NCBI GenBank assembly: GCA_015228975.1
Contig: JADGCN010000003.1
Coordinates: 1,617-65,616, forward strand
Length of the DNA: 64,000 bases
Source of the DNA: Magnetococcales bacterium
GTDB taxonomy: Bacteria > Pseudomonadota > Magnetococcia > Magnetococcales > UBA8363
Direction of reading: 5' to 3'
Shown: positions 8,718 through 17,925 of the stretch, in pieces
Layout of the letters: each line of letters opens with the position of its first letter
Position numbering within the stretch: position 1 is the first letter of the stretch
The notes under the pieces: model-generated
Databases searched by the model: none
What the model was told of the DNA's origin: nothing
The model's input: the letters and a program-made list of their open reading frames with translations, nothing else
Program-made: the position numbers and the translations under genes

Positions 8718-9761
8718 ATGAACGTAAGCATCGGCATGAACCTGCAGTCGGGTGCCTGGGGGGGGGGCAACCAGTTCGGGCGGGCCTTGAGCCAGTATTT
8801 ACTGGATCATGGCCATCGGGTGAGCCACGATTTGTCGGCGCGGGATCTGGATATCATCCTCTTGGCGGAACCGGATGCCCGGTTAAAAATTTCCGCCTAT
8901 GACCATCGGGCCATTCTTCGCTATTTGCTGCAAAAAAACAAGAACGCCATCGTCGTCCATCGCATCAATAACACGAGCGAGGCCAGGGACGATAACAAGA
9001 AAAAATTCAACAAATTCAGAATATACGCCAACCAGATCGCCGACCATACCATTTTTGTCAGCCAATGGGTGAAGGAACGCTATGAAGAGGCGGGCTTTGC
9101 CGCGAAACGTCCCGCAAGCGTCATTTTGAATGGCAGCGACAGTCGGTTATGGTCTCCCGGCCCGGCCAAAAAAACGCCGGGAAAGCGTTTCAAACTGGTG
9201 ACGCACCATTGGAGCAACCATTGGAACAAAGGGTTTGATGTCTATCACAAGCTGGATCAACTGCTGGCCCATCCCAGGTGGGCTTCCCGTCTGACAATGA
9301 CCTACATTGGCCGGGTGCCCAGCGATTTTCATTTTGTAGAGGTCCGACATGTGCAACCGTTGTCGGGGGTGGAATTGGCGGAAGAGTTGCGGCGACACGA
9401 TGCCTATATCACCGCATCCCGTTTTGAATCGGGGGGGCATCACAATTTGGAAGCGGGGCTGTGCGGCTTGCCATTGCTCTACTTGAACAGCGGTGCCATG
9501 GCGGAGTATTGTCAGGGTTTTGGGATTGAATACACCGTGGAAACCTTGGAGGAAAAATTGGAGGAGATGCTGGCCACCTGGCCCGATTGGGTGGAGCGCA
9601 TGGCCGATTTTCCCCATACGGCGGATGCCATGTGCCAACGATATCAGGATTTGTTCATGGAGTTGGTTGCCAATCGTGATGATGTTTTGGCCCGTCGCCG
9701 CTGGTTCAAGCGCATCCCCTGGATGGTGTCCGCCATGATGAAATCCGGCAGGCCAACCTGA
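8718..9761 (+). CDS. GT-B fold glycosyltransferase (GT4-like)
   Basis: N-terminal GGGNQF nucleotide-sugar GT-B signature. The C-terminal ESGGHHNLEAGLCGLPLL matches the E-x7-E region of retaining GT4-type enzymes. Confidence 0.7.
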   Translation: MNVSIGMNLQSGAWGGGNQFGRALSQYLLDHGHRVSHDLSARDLDIILLAEPDARLKISAYDHRAILRYLLQKNKNAIVVHRINNTSEARDDNKKKFNKFRIYANQIADHTIFVSQWVKERYEEAGFAAKRPASVILNGSDSRLWSPGPAKKTPGKRFKLVTHHWSNHWNKGFDVYHKLDQLLAHPRWASRLTMTYIGRVPSDFHFVEVRHVQPLSGVELAEELRRHDAYITASRFESGGHHNLEAGLCGLPLLYLNSGAMAEYCQGFGIEYTVETLEEKLEEMLATWPDWVERMADFPHTADAMCQRYQDLFMELVANRDDVLARRRWFKRIPWMVSAMMKSGRPT

Positions 9762-10888
9762 TGGGGACTCTGCCGCCGGCAAGCGACTGGCCGGCTTTAC
9801 AGCGGGCTGTTGAAAATGCTGTCTTGCCATCGCCCCCTGCAAAGAGCAGGATTTCCCGTCTTGTCGATCCCATCATTCCGGCATTCTGGAACACCTTCAG
9901 GAAAAGGCGCTTTCCCAACGCGATCTACATCTTGACCTACCACAGCGTTGTTGATCCCGGGCAACGGGAGACATGGGAACAATGCTACCGCAAAGGAGAG
10001 ACGACAGTTGACCAATTGCGCGGGCAATTGGAATTCATGATGCGCCATATGACCCCCATGGCGTTGAGTCAAATGCCGCGGTTATGGGCCCAAGGGGGAC
10101 CGGACCGTCCCTGTTTTGTGGTCACTTTTGACGATGGCATGTCCAACAATCGCACCCATGCGCACCCTGTCGTACAGGCTTTGGGAATAACCCCCGCTCT
10201 ATTCGTCTGTTCCGAATTTGCCATGCAGCGGCAAACATTGTTTCGGATATTGGCGGCGGTCCTGGTACAGCAAGGGCACGCCTCTGAGCTGGCGGTCAAT
10301 TTGCGCGCCAGCTTTCCGCAATGGGTGTGGCCGGATGGCGGGGAAGATTTGTTTCATGCGACGAAAAATCAGTATTGCGGTGGCGCGATGGTGGACGTGA
10401 TTGATGCCACGTATCGTGCGTGCCTGGGGGATCCCCGGGAGCTGGCGGTCCATTTGGATCGGGATGGGGTGGCGCACCTTGCCACGCATGGTTGGGAGAT
10501 CGGCAATCATACCCGATCCCATCATCTGTTGGCTTGGCAAACTCAGGAAGAGGTGACCCGGGCCATCCAGGAGAGTGCCGACTATTGGCGGGATGCGGGG
10601 ATTCCACTGATAGATTTCATCGCCTATCCCATTGGTCGCGCCCAGGATGTCGGGCCGGAGGTCTGGCAGGCGATGCAACGGTTTTCCCATGTGCATGGCA
10701 TGTTTTGCAATGGAGGCGTCAATTTTTCGTTAAACCGCTGCGAATGGATGCGTTTCAGTTTCGGGCGGCATACCGACCCGGACGTCCTGGAAAAGATCAT
10801 CAACCAGGAAATCCGAAGAACACAGGTTGCCCGGGCTACCCTACCATCGTCCCAGGAAGGCCCCCTCCAAAACCCAGCGGCGTCGTAG
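9761..10888 (+). CDS. Polysaccharide deacetylase (NodB homology domain)
   Basis: NodB motif 1 is VTFDDGMSNN, with later His-containing motifs (IGNHTRSHH). The start overlaps the glycosyltransferase stop (TGATG). Confidence 0.8.
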   Translation: MGTLPPASDWPALQRAVENAVLPSPPAKSRISRLVDPIIPAFWNTFRKRRFPNAIYILTYHSVVDPGQRETWEQCYRKGETTVDQLRGQLEFMMRHMTPMALSQMPRLWAQGGPDRPCFVVTFDDGMSNNRTHAHPVVQALGITPALFVCSEFAMQRQTLFRILAAVLVQQGHASELAVNLRASFPQWVWPDGGEDLFHATKNQYCGGAMVDVIDATYRACLGDPRELAVHLDRDGVAHLATHGWEIGNHTRSHHLLAWQTQEEVTRAIQESADYWRDAGIPLIDFIAYPIGRAQDVGPEVWQAMQRFSHVHGMFCNGGVNFSLNRCEWMRFSFGRHTDPDVLEKIINQEIRRTQVARATLPSSQEGPLQNPAAS

Positions 10889-11983
10889 CCAGGGATTACC
10901 GCACAGGGTGTTGAGCGCGGTTTGCCGGATGAACAAGGGGAGTGCTTGCAACAAACCACCGATCCGGGTTGAAAAGCCGTTGCCTTGGAGTGAGGCCCAT
11001 TCTTTGCCATAGTCTGTGAAATCCTGTCCCGTGGGATTTTTCAGGATGGCTGCGGCGGCGAGGGTAGCGCTGATTCCGGCGGGGCCGATACCTTCGCCAC
11101 TCAAATCGTGGGCAAGACCGGCGGCGTCCCCCACCAACAGGTAACGTGGTCCTCCCAGATCGGGTCGGATCCCACGCCAGACCGCGTAGGAATGACCGAC
11201 AAAAGGGGACAATGACCAGGAGTCGGGGAGGATGTCTTCCCGTTGCAGGCGTTGTAAAAAGCGATGCCGGCGAACGGGAATGGCGGGACCTGAACGGGTC
11301 AGGGCACCGACGCCAATGTTCAAAAAATCCCCCTTGACGAAATACCAGGCATAGCCGTCACACTCCGGTTCTGGATAGAGTACTGGCATTCCCGATCCCA
11401 GCCTTGATTGTTGCAGTTTGGCGGCACCAATGGGAATTTCGCTCATTTGCGCGGCAACGGTGGTTCGGTATTGCCAAATGGCGCGGCCTGCCACAGCCCT
11501 GGCTACGGGACAGGAGGAACCGCCCGCGCCCACGATATGCTCTGAGGTGATGTGCTGGCCTTTGATCAGGCAATGGACGCAATCCTGGTCAAAGATGACG
11601 CGTTCGACCCGGTGACCCTCCAGGATATCCGCCCCGGCGGCGCGAGCGCGTTCGAGCAGAAAGGCATCGAATTCGTGGCGCAGGATGCCGTAACTGACCG
11701 GCTCCGGCCAATGGGTGACCTGGAGACCTTTGCTGAGGCCGATGGCGACCCGGGTGATGGGGATGAGGAGATGGGGATAGGTGGTTGGGTCAATTTCCAG
11801 GGCATGCAGGGCATCCCGGGTGACCCAGCCGGCGCAAGGCTTGAATCGCGGGAATGTTTTGGCATCCAGGAGCAGGACATCGCGTCCGGCCCGGGCCAGT
11901 TTCCACGCAACCATGGCCCCTGCCGGTCCCCCGCCGACGACGACGGTTTGCCGTAGCGTTGTATTGTTACTATTGGGTTGCAA
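10841..11983 (-). CDS. FAD-dependent oxidoreductase, geranylgeranyl reductase family
   Basis: N-terminal dinucleotide-binding motif VVVGGGPAGAMVAWKLARAGRDVLLLD. A later GDAAG motif (LLVGDAAGLAHDLSGEGI) is typical of this family. Confidence 0.75.
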   Translation of the reverse strand: MQPNSNNTTLRQTVVVGGGPAGAMVAWKLARAGRDVLLLDAKTFPRFKPCAGWVTRDALHALEIDPTTYPHLLIPITRVAIGLSKGLQVTHWPEPVSYGILRHEFDAFLLERARAAGADILEGHRVERVIFDQDCVHCLIKGQHITSEHIVGAGGSSCPVARAVAGRAIWQYRTTVAAQMSEIPIGAAKLQQSRLGSGMPVLYPEPECDGYAWYFVKGDFLNIGVGALTRSGPAIPVRRHRFLQRLQREDILPDSWSLSPFVGHSYAVWRGIRPDLGGPRYLLVGDAAGLAHDLSGEGIGPAGISATLAAAAILKNPTGQDFTDYGKEWASLQGNGFSTRIGGLLQALPLFIRQTALNTLCGNPWLRRRWVLEGAFLGRW

Positions 11984-12005
11984 GCATCACATCAGAACGC
12001 CGATC

Positions 12006-12152
12006 TTTAAAGTTTGATCGTGCATTCCACCTCATTGCCGGACCCCAGATAGCGCACGTCATCAAAACTGGCTTTGAAGGCGATGGCGATGCCCCTGCCA
12101 TGGGTATCCAGCATCCGTTCGGGGTTGAAATCCAGGTAGGGTTCGTTATCAA
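12006..12152. repeat. Direct repeat copy A (~147 nt)
   Basis: About 97% identical to 12765-12911 by direct comparison. Confidence 0.85.
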
Positions 12153-12212
12153 TTGCCAAGATTGCCATGTTCTACGGCATTGATCAATATTTCCTGCAAA
12201 CCAACCGCATGC
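12006..12212 (-). pseudogene. Remnant of the 3' end of a REC+GHKL gene (copy of 12765-13125 with an internal deletion)
   Basis: 12006-12152 matches 12765-12911 with 4 mismatches. 12155-12205 matches 13075-13125. The translated remnant reads ..[19 protein letters not shown]-stop and is out of frame with the distal part. Confidence 0.7.
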
Positions 12213-12410
12213 TAAAGGTCATTCTCCCTCGTACGATAACCCAAGCTGCCTGTCATCAGAGAAAAGTGGACTATCGTTTTGTTTGGGGATCGTGGTATGG
12301 TGGTATCAAAGGGGACGAGACCATGGGTGCCATGACGTTTGACACATTGAAACCACAGGATATTCTGTTGTGGGAATTGTATGGTAGAGTTTTCGTAAGG
12401 AGAAATTGCC

Positions 12411-12758
12411 ATGGGTAACGCTGTTGCATTTGACACTTATGCTGCCATCAAACGCCTGAAGGCCGCTGGTTTTGATGAGGTACAGGCCGAGGCCCTGTCT
12501 GACACGATCAAGGAAGCTCATGATGCACACCTTGATGAACTGGCCACCAAGAGGGACATCAAGGATCTTGACACCAAAATGGAGTCCAATCTCAAAGAGT
12601 TGGAACTCCGCATGGTCATCAAAATGGGGGCCATGATCTTGGCAGGGATTGGCATTTTGTTTGGCCTTATGCGAGCGTGGCCTTTGCCAGTTCAATTCGT
12701 TCCCGTCTCTGGCCAAGAAATACACCAAACAGTTCCGTTGGTCCCGCCAAAGAAATAA
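12411..12758 (+). CDS. DUF1640-family coiled-coil protein with C-terminal TM helix
   Basis: N-terminus FDTYAAIKRLKAAGFDEVQAEAL is characteristic of DUF1640. Strong RBS (AAGGAGAAATTGCC-ATG). C-terminal hydrophobic helix. It is the only plus-strand gene within a ~30-kb run of minus-strand genes here. Confidence 0.7.
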   Translation: MGNAVAFDTYAAIKRLKAAGFDEVQAEALSDTIKEAHDAHLDELATKRDIKDLDTKMESNLKELELRMVIKMGAMILAGIGILFGLMRAWPLPVQFVPVSGQEIHQTVPLVPPKK

Positions 12759-12764
12759 CTAATA

Positions 12765-12911
12765 TTTAAAGTTTGATCGTGCATTCCACCTCATTGCCGG
12801 ACCCCAGATAGCGCACGTCATCAAAACTGGCTTTGACGGCGATGGCGATGCCCCTGCCATGGGTATCCAGCATCCGTTCGGGGTTGAAATCCAAATAGGG
12901 TTCGCTATCAA
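12765..12911. repeat. Direct repeat copy B (~147 nt, inside the 3' end of the REC+GHKL gene)
   Basis: Partner of 12006-12152. Confidence 0.85.
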
Positions 12912-13662
12912 ATCCGGAACCATCATCACGAATGTGGAAGCTGATTTCATCCTCTTTGCGCGTGAAAAGCACCACCACATGTTTCTCCTGGTTTTCCGGC
13001 AAGGCCAGGCGACGTTTTATTTCCTCCTCGAGTTTATTATTACTATTGAGGATGCCTTTTTCCTCGTAGGTGATGCCCAAGTTGCCATGTTCTACGGCAT
13101 TGATCAATATTTCCCGCAATCCGATTGCTGCCTTTTCCGGATTGGGACAGGTCAAGGACAACAATACCGACAATTGAAAGGCCTCGGACATGGTCTGAAT
13201 CCGAAACCGCGCCTCTTCCATATGCAAAGAGAGCGGACAACGGGTCACCTGAATTTGTCCATACAGGCATTGGTGTGCCGTTTTCCGGTTGATGGCGGCC
13301 TGGACGATCGCGAGCAGGATGGAAATATCCAACGGCTTGGTCAGATAATAGAAGGCGCCAAGTGACAACCCCCTGGCGATATCATCGCTGTTTTTGCGAC
13401 TGGTTGTGAATATGACAGGTATTCTTCTTGTGTATTTTGAGGCATGCAAACGTTCACATACCTCGAATCCATTCATTCCCGGCATTTCCACATCGAGCAG
13501 GATGGTATCGATATTCTCGGTTTGCGCTGTTTTCAGGGCATCTTCACCGTTGGTGGCGACGAGAACCCGGTAATCCTGGCTCAAGGCTTTCGCCAATACT
13601 TTGATATTGCCGGGGATATCATCGACGACCAATACTTTGTGCCGCTTATCGTTTTCGGTCAT
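12766..13662 (-). CDS. Response-regulator receiver fused to a GHKL/RsbW-like ATPase domain
   Basis: REC motifs are KVLVVDD...[14 protein letters not shown]...TKP. The C-terminal half has N-box-like NAVEHGN, G1-like RDDGSGFD and GRGIAI. No HisKA H-box is present. Confidence 0.8.
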   Translation of the reverse strand: MTENDKRHKVLVVDDIPGNIKVLAKALSQDYRVLVATNGEDALKTAQTENIDTILLDVEMPGMNGFEVCERLHASKYTRRIPVIFTTSRKNSDDIARGLSLGAFYYLTKPLDISILLAIVQAAINRKTAHQCLYGQIQVTRCPLSLHMEEARFRIQTMSEAFQLSVLLSLTCPNPEKAAIGLREILINAVEHGNLGITYEEKGILNSNNKLEEEIKRRLALPENQEKHVVVLFTRKEDEISFHIRDDGSGFDSEPYLDFNPERMLDTHGRGIAIAVKASFDDVRYLGSGNEVECTIKL

Positions 13663-16520
13663 TTTTTGTTATTATCCTTATGCAATGTGAGTTGCTTGGT
13701 AATGGCCTCCAGAAAAACGAGCGCACCAGTGAAATCAACTTTTTCAAGTTTGTCCGCCAAGGCATCCGTGTTTTTCAACAGCTCGGCATCACCACAGGCT
13801 ACAATGTGTGGTCTGAGAGTTTCAAACACGTCCAATGATTCAAAATAGTGCCCTTCGACCAATTGCGCCAGTTTGCGCACCAAGGGAAGAACCTCGGATA
13901 AATTCAAAGGGGCGTTTTCGGTTGGCGGGAGGGTTGCGGCAAAAAGGTCATCCGTCTGTTTCATCGCGCCGATGGATTGGATCACTTCGGACAAGGCTTC
14001 TTCAAAGTGGGTCAATAAATCTCCTATACAATGGGAATTTTCCCGTAACCCCTTCTCAAGGAGGGACGTTGTTTCAAACAGGCGTGTTGCTGATATATTG
14101 CCCGCTATCCCGCGTATACTGTGGGTAAGTTGCGCGGCCGTTTTCATGTCATCTTTTCTTTTTCCCGCCAGGGTGGTACGAATTTCCCGGGCCACATGGG
14201 CGTAATCACGGTGAAATTCGTAGAGCAGGGAGCGCAATAACTGGCGATCACCGTTCAGCCGTTCCAGGCAGTTGGCCATGTCAATGCCGGCAAGATGTGA
14301 CGGCAACGGGGAACCTTCATCCGCTTTGTTTTTTTCAGCGGTTGCATGCAACGTGATTCCAAGGCCTTCCCGCTTGCGGATCCACTGGCACAGTTTGTCA
14401 TAAAAAATTGTTCTTTCCACGGGTTTGGCCACATGGTCGTTCATCCCGGCTTTCAAGCATTTTTCCCGGTCTCCCGCCATGGAGTGGGCGGTCATGGCGA
14501 TGATGGGCAATTCCGAAAATCCCAGTTGGTTGCGAATTGTTTGCGCAGCTTCAAAACCATCCATTCGCGGCATTTGGATATCCATCAGCACCAGGTCCAA
14601 TTCCAATCCCATTTCCTTGACCCGTTGCACCGCCTCCAGACCATCCCAAGCCATTTCCACGATCACGCCGACCGATTCCAGAAAACCTTCCGCCACCTGT
14701 CGGTTGATCGCATTGTCTTCCACGAGAAGTATCCTGGCACCGCCAATGCGCTGGGCAATGGCCGCAAGATCTGAGAAATCGTCCGATTGACGGCAGGCTT
14801 TGCTAACGGATCGGCCAAACACATTCATGATGGCGTCGAACAACAAGGAGCAATTGACCGGTTTGGAAATCAATCCATCGACCTCGAACACATCCAACTG
14901 ATCCTTGATTTCTTCCTCACGACCATAGGGAACCATGAGCAGGAATTTGGGAGGCGCTTTGTCTTGTTCTGTGGCTTTGATGCGCATGGCGGTTTCCAGA
15001 CCATTCATCCCGGGCATCAACCAATCCACCAGGATCAACTGGAAGGGGTTTCCCTGTTCTTTCGCCTGGACCACCATGGTTTGTGCGGTGTTACCCGATG
15101 CGGTACCGCTGGCCGCGAAACCGAACATCGTCAGGGTATTGATGAAAGCTCTGCGTGCCGTATCGTTGTCATCAACGACCAGGACCCGAAGGCGCTGCAT
15201 GTCATCGGGAGTGATCATATCGATCATTTCCGTACCCAGGCGGCGTTGGAAAAGGGCGGTGAAATGGAACACGCTGCCCTGTCCCGGTTTGGATACCACC
15301 CATATCTTGCCGCCCATCATTTCGACCAATTTGCGGCAGATCGACAGACCCAATCCGGTACCGCCAAATTTGCGGGTGGTGGAGCTGTCGGCTTGGGAAA
15401 AAGGTTGGAACAATCTGGCGATTTGCTCCTCGTCCATGCCAATCCCGGTATCGCGAATGATGAACTCCAATTCGCAATCCCGTTCCGACTCCCGGAGCGT
15501 CCTGACCTGGATTTCGATTTCCCCTTTCCGGGTGAATTTCAGGGCATTGCTGACAAAATTCATCAGCACCTGTTCCAGGCGCAGGGGATCACCGAACAAC
15601 TCATATCGACATTCATCCGACATGCACATCACCAATTCCAGATGTTTTTCGGTGACCTGTGCCTGAAACATGTCGGACAGATGGTCAAAGATATCCCTGA
15701 CCAGGAAATGCGACATATCGAGTTCCAGTTTGCCCGCTTCAATCTTGGAAAAGTCGAGGATATCGTTGATGATGCGCAAGAGTGATCGGGATGAGTTGGT
15801 AATTTTGGTCAGATAGTCGCGCAGGCGCGGCGACATATCGGTCTGCATCGCCAGGTTGGAAAAGCCGATAATGGCATTCATGGGGGTGCGGATTTCATGG
15901 CTCATGTTGGCCAGGAACTGCCCTTTGGCCCGGTTGGCCACTTCTTCGTCCGCCTTGGCTTTTTCCAGTTCGATGAGGTATTGGCGTGTGGTCTCTTCGG
16001 CTCGGATCCGCTTGGTGATTTCAATTTCCAGATCCCGGTTGATACTCCTGAGTTCCAATTCCATTTTCTTGCGTTGGGTCGTTTCCTCTTCCAAGGCTTG
16101 GACGTGGCGTTCCTGTTCCAGGTGTTTTTGATGTAATTTTAAAAATATTTTAACTTTTGAAAGCAAAACGGCATTGTTGACGGGTTTTTGGATGAAATCC
16201 ACCGCCCCCAGTTGATAACCCATGATCCGCTTGTCTTCATCGGAGTGGGCCGCCGTTACGAAAATAATGGGTAAATCTTTCGTCCGTTCCGCCCCGTACA
16301 AGGCTTCCGCCACTTCAAAACCGTTCATTTCCGGCATATTGACATCGAGCAGAATCATGGCGAACTCATGATCCATGCACAACCTCAACACTTCAATCCC
16401 TGAAGTCGCTTCGATGATGTCGGTATCCAGGCGCTCCAGGATTCTCCGCATGGCAACCAGGTTGGCAGGGAGGTCGTCCACGATCAGTATCTTTGGCCGC
16501 GTATCACTCATGTTGGACAT
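13659..16520 (-). CDS. Hybrid sensor histidine kinase: REC-coiled coil-HisKA-HATPase_c-REC-REC-Hpt
   Basis: H-box [12 protein letters not shown]1 and G2 boxes ([22 protein letters not shown]). Three DD...D...K receiver patterns. C-terminal Hpt motif HSIRGIAGN. Confidence 0.9.
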   Translation of the reverse strand: MSNMSDTRPKILIVDDLPANLVAMRRILERLDTDIIEATSGIEVLRLCMDHEFAMILLDVNMPEMNGFEVAEALYGAERTKDLPIIFVTAAHSDEDKRIMGYQLGAVDFIQKPVNNAVLLSKVKIFLKLHQKHLEQERHVQALEEETTQRKKMELELRSINRDLEIEITKRIRAEETTRQYLIELEKAKADEEVANRAKGQFLANMSHEIRTPMNAIIGFSNLAMQTDMSPRLRDYLTKITNSSRSLLRIINDILDFSKIEAGKLELDMSHFLVRDIFDHLSDMFQAQVTEKHLELVMCMSDECRYELFGDPLRLEQVLMNFVSNALKFTRKGEIEIQVRTLRESERDCELEFIIRDTGIGMDEEQIARLFQPFSQADSSTTRKFGGTGLGLSICRKLVEMMGGKIWVVSKPGQGSVFHFTALFQRRLGTEMIDMITPDDMQRLRVLVVDDNDTARRAFINTLTMFGFAASGTASGNTAQTMVVQAKEQGNPFQLILVDWLMPGMNGLETAMRIKATEQDKAPPKFLLMVPYGREEEIKDQLDVFEVDGLISKPVNCSLLFDAIMNVFGRSVSKACRQSDDFSDLAAIAQRIGGARILLVEDNAINRQVAEGFLESVGVIVEMAWDGLEAVQRVKEMGLELDLVLMDIQMPRMDGFEAAQTIRNQLGFSELPIIAMTAHSMAGDREKCLKAGMNDHVAKPVERTIFYDKLCQWIRKREGLGITLHATAEKNKADEGSPLPSHLAGIDMANCLERLNGDRQLLRSLLYEFHRDYAHVAREIRTTLAGKRKDDMKTAAQLTHSIRGIAGNISATRLFETTSLLEKGLRENSHCIGDLLTHFEEALSEVIQSIGAMKQTDDLFAATLPPTENAPLNLSEVLPLVRKLAQLVEGHYFESLDVFETLRPHIVACGDAELLKNTDALADKLEKVDFTGALVFLEAITKQLTLHKDNNKK

Positions 16521-17091
16521 TTCCCAATTGCTTCAAGGTGAGTGCAATGGCACTCAAAGGAAGTACCTGATCTGCCGCTCCATGGGCGATGGCATATCGG
16601 GGCATGAACGGGGATTCGGCACTCTGGGGATCCTGAACCAGTGTCATTCCCCGGCGTTGCCGAATTTTTTGCAACCCTGCCGTTCCATCCTGACTGGCAC
16701 CGGTCAATAATACCCCTATCAGACCCGCCTGGTAAACATCAGAAGCGGTTTCAAACAACACATCGATTGCGGGTCGGGAATGGTGTATTGCGGGATCGGT
16801 GGAGAGGGCCAGGGTGAAATCGGGTTCCACCAGAAGATGATAGCCAGGTGGGGCGAAGACGATGTGACCCGATTGGATGGGTTCCTTGTCCATGGCTTCA
16901 CGTACCGGCAGACGGCAATGCAGGGCCAATAACGAGCAACCTCGGGGGCCTGAACCATGGGTCGGCTGATGCTGGACCACCAGTATGGGAACAGGGAATC
17001 CTTCGGGAAAAACCGGGAAAAGGGTACGCAATGCCTGGAATCCCCCTGCCGATGCCCCGATGACAATAGCCCGGGGTCGGGGAAAGGTCAT
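16504..17091 (-). CDS. cheB: CheB-type protein-glutamate methylesterase, catalytic domain only (no receiver)
   Basis: Ser-His-Asp contexts are IGASAGG, LVVQHQP and TGASQDG. At 195 aa it has no N-terminal REC domain. Confidence 0.85.
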   Translation of the reverse strand: MTFPRPRAIVIGASAGGFQALRTLFPVFPEGFPVPILVVQHQPTHGSGPRGCSLLALHCRLPVREAMDKEPIQSGHIVFAPPGYHLLVEPDFTLALSTDPAIHHSRPAIDVLFETASDVYQAGLIGVLLTGASQDGTAGLQKIRQRRGMTLVQDPQSAESPFMPRYAIAHGAADQVLPLSAIALTLKQLGNVQHE

Positions 17092-17921
17092 GGCCCCACC
17101 TTTTGTTGGTAAATGCGTTGGTCTCTGGATATCGGGATGAATCGGTTTTCCACAGCGGTGAAAGACAAGGATTCATGGCTCCCCAGGCACAATATACCCC
17201 CGGCAACCAAACTTTTCTCAAAAAGGAGCAGGACTCGATTGGTTAATTCTTTGTTGAAATAGATCAGCACATTCCGGCAAAAAATCAAATGGGTCTCGGA
17301 AAAAACATGGTCGGTGGCCAAATTGTGCGCGGCAAAGACGATATTTTCCTTCAGCGCGGCATGTATGCGTGCCAAATCATACCTGGAATGATAATAATCA
17401 GAGAGTGCGCCTTTGCCAGCGCTATCCAGATAGCCTTGGGACGACTCAATCATGCTGTTGATGTTATAAATACCCTCTTTGGCGATTTGTAAAGAATGAT
17501 CGTTGATATCGGTGGCAAAGATTCGTACCCGCTCGTACAATCCCTCTTCACGTAACAGGATGGCCAAGGAATACACCTCTTCCCCGGTGGCACAACCGGC
17601 ATGCCAAATCGTGACAAAGGGATAGGTTGCCAGCAAGGGTATCACCTGTTTGCGCAAGGCCCGGTAACACAGGGGATCGCGAAAAAAATGCGTTACGGTT
17701 ACCGACAAAGCATGGACCAGGCGATTCAAAAATGTGCGATCATGAATGACTTTCGGGATGGCTTCGGAAATAAGGGTGATACCGCATTCCGACAGACACT
17801 GACGCATGCGACGCTTCAGAGAGGCCTGGGCATACTGGCGAAAATCGTACCCATAGCGTAGAAATATGGTCTCCAACAGGAGCCGTATCTCTAAATTTTC
17901 AATCTCTGCTTCCGATTTCAT
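17088..17921 (-). CDS. cheR: CheR-type protein-glutamate O-methyltransferase
   Basis: FFRDP motif and SAM-binding IWHAGCATGEEVYSLAILL, then IFATDIN. I place the start at ATG 17921 (MKSEAEIENLE...), 4 nt after the upstream stop. The longer ORF from 18026 would overlap that upstream gene. Confidence 0.85.
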   Translation of the reverse strand: MKSEAEIENLEIRLLLETIFLRYGYDFRQYAQASLKRRMRQCLSECGITLISEAIPKVIHDRTFLNRLVHALSVTVTHFFRDPLCYRALRKQVIPLLATYPFVTIWHAGCATGEEVYSLAILLREEGLYERVRIFATDINDHSLQIAKEGIYNINSMIESSQGYLDSAGKGALSDYYHSRYDLARIHAALKENIVFAAHNLATDHVFSETHLIFCRNVLIYFNKELTNRVLLLFEKSLVAGGILCLGSHESLSFTAVENRFIPISRDQRIYQQKVGP

Positions 17922-17925
17922 GGAC

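Noticed and set aside
10841-10888. 48-nt convergent overlap between the deacetylase and the FAD-reductase genes.
   Set aside because: It is probably real or caused by a slightly over-extended C-terminus. Convergent overlaps of this size are common and carry no evident signal.
12006-12911. The direct repeats considered as a CRISPR array or IS termini.
   Set aside because: There are only two copies, each ~147 nt long and ~760 nt apart. They derive from coding sequence. There are no short regular spacers and no transposase.
14787-15785. Long plus-strand ORFs inside the kinase genes. This one is 332 aa. Others are at 14935-15666, 19822-20526, 21847-22479, 24731-26011, 26588-27184 and 27956-28582.
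   Set aside because: They are antisense shadow ORFs of a GC-rich region. Their products are low-complexity (H/G/Q/R-rich) with no motifs. The minus strand meanwhile gives uninterrupted, motif-complete kinase and receiver domains.
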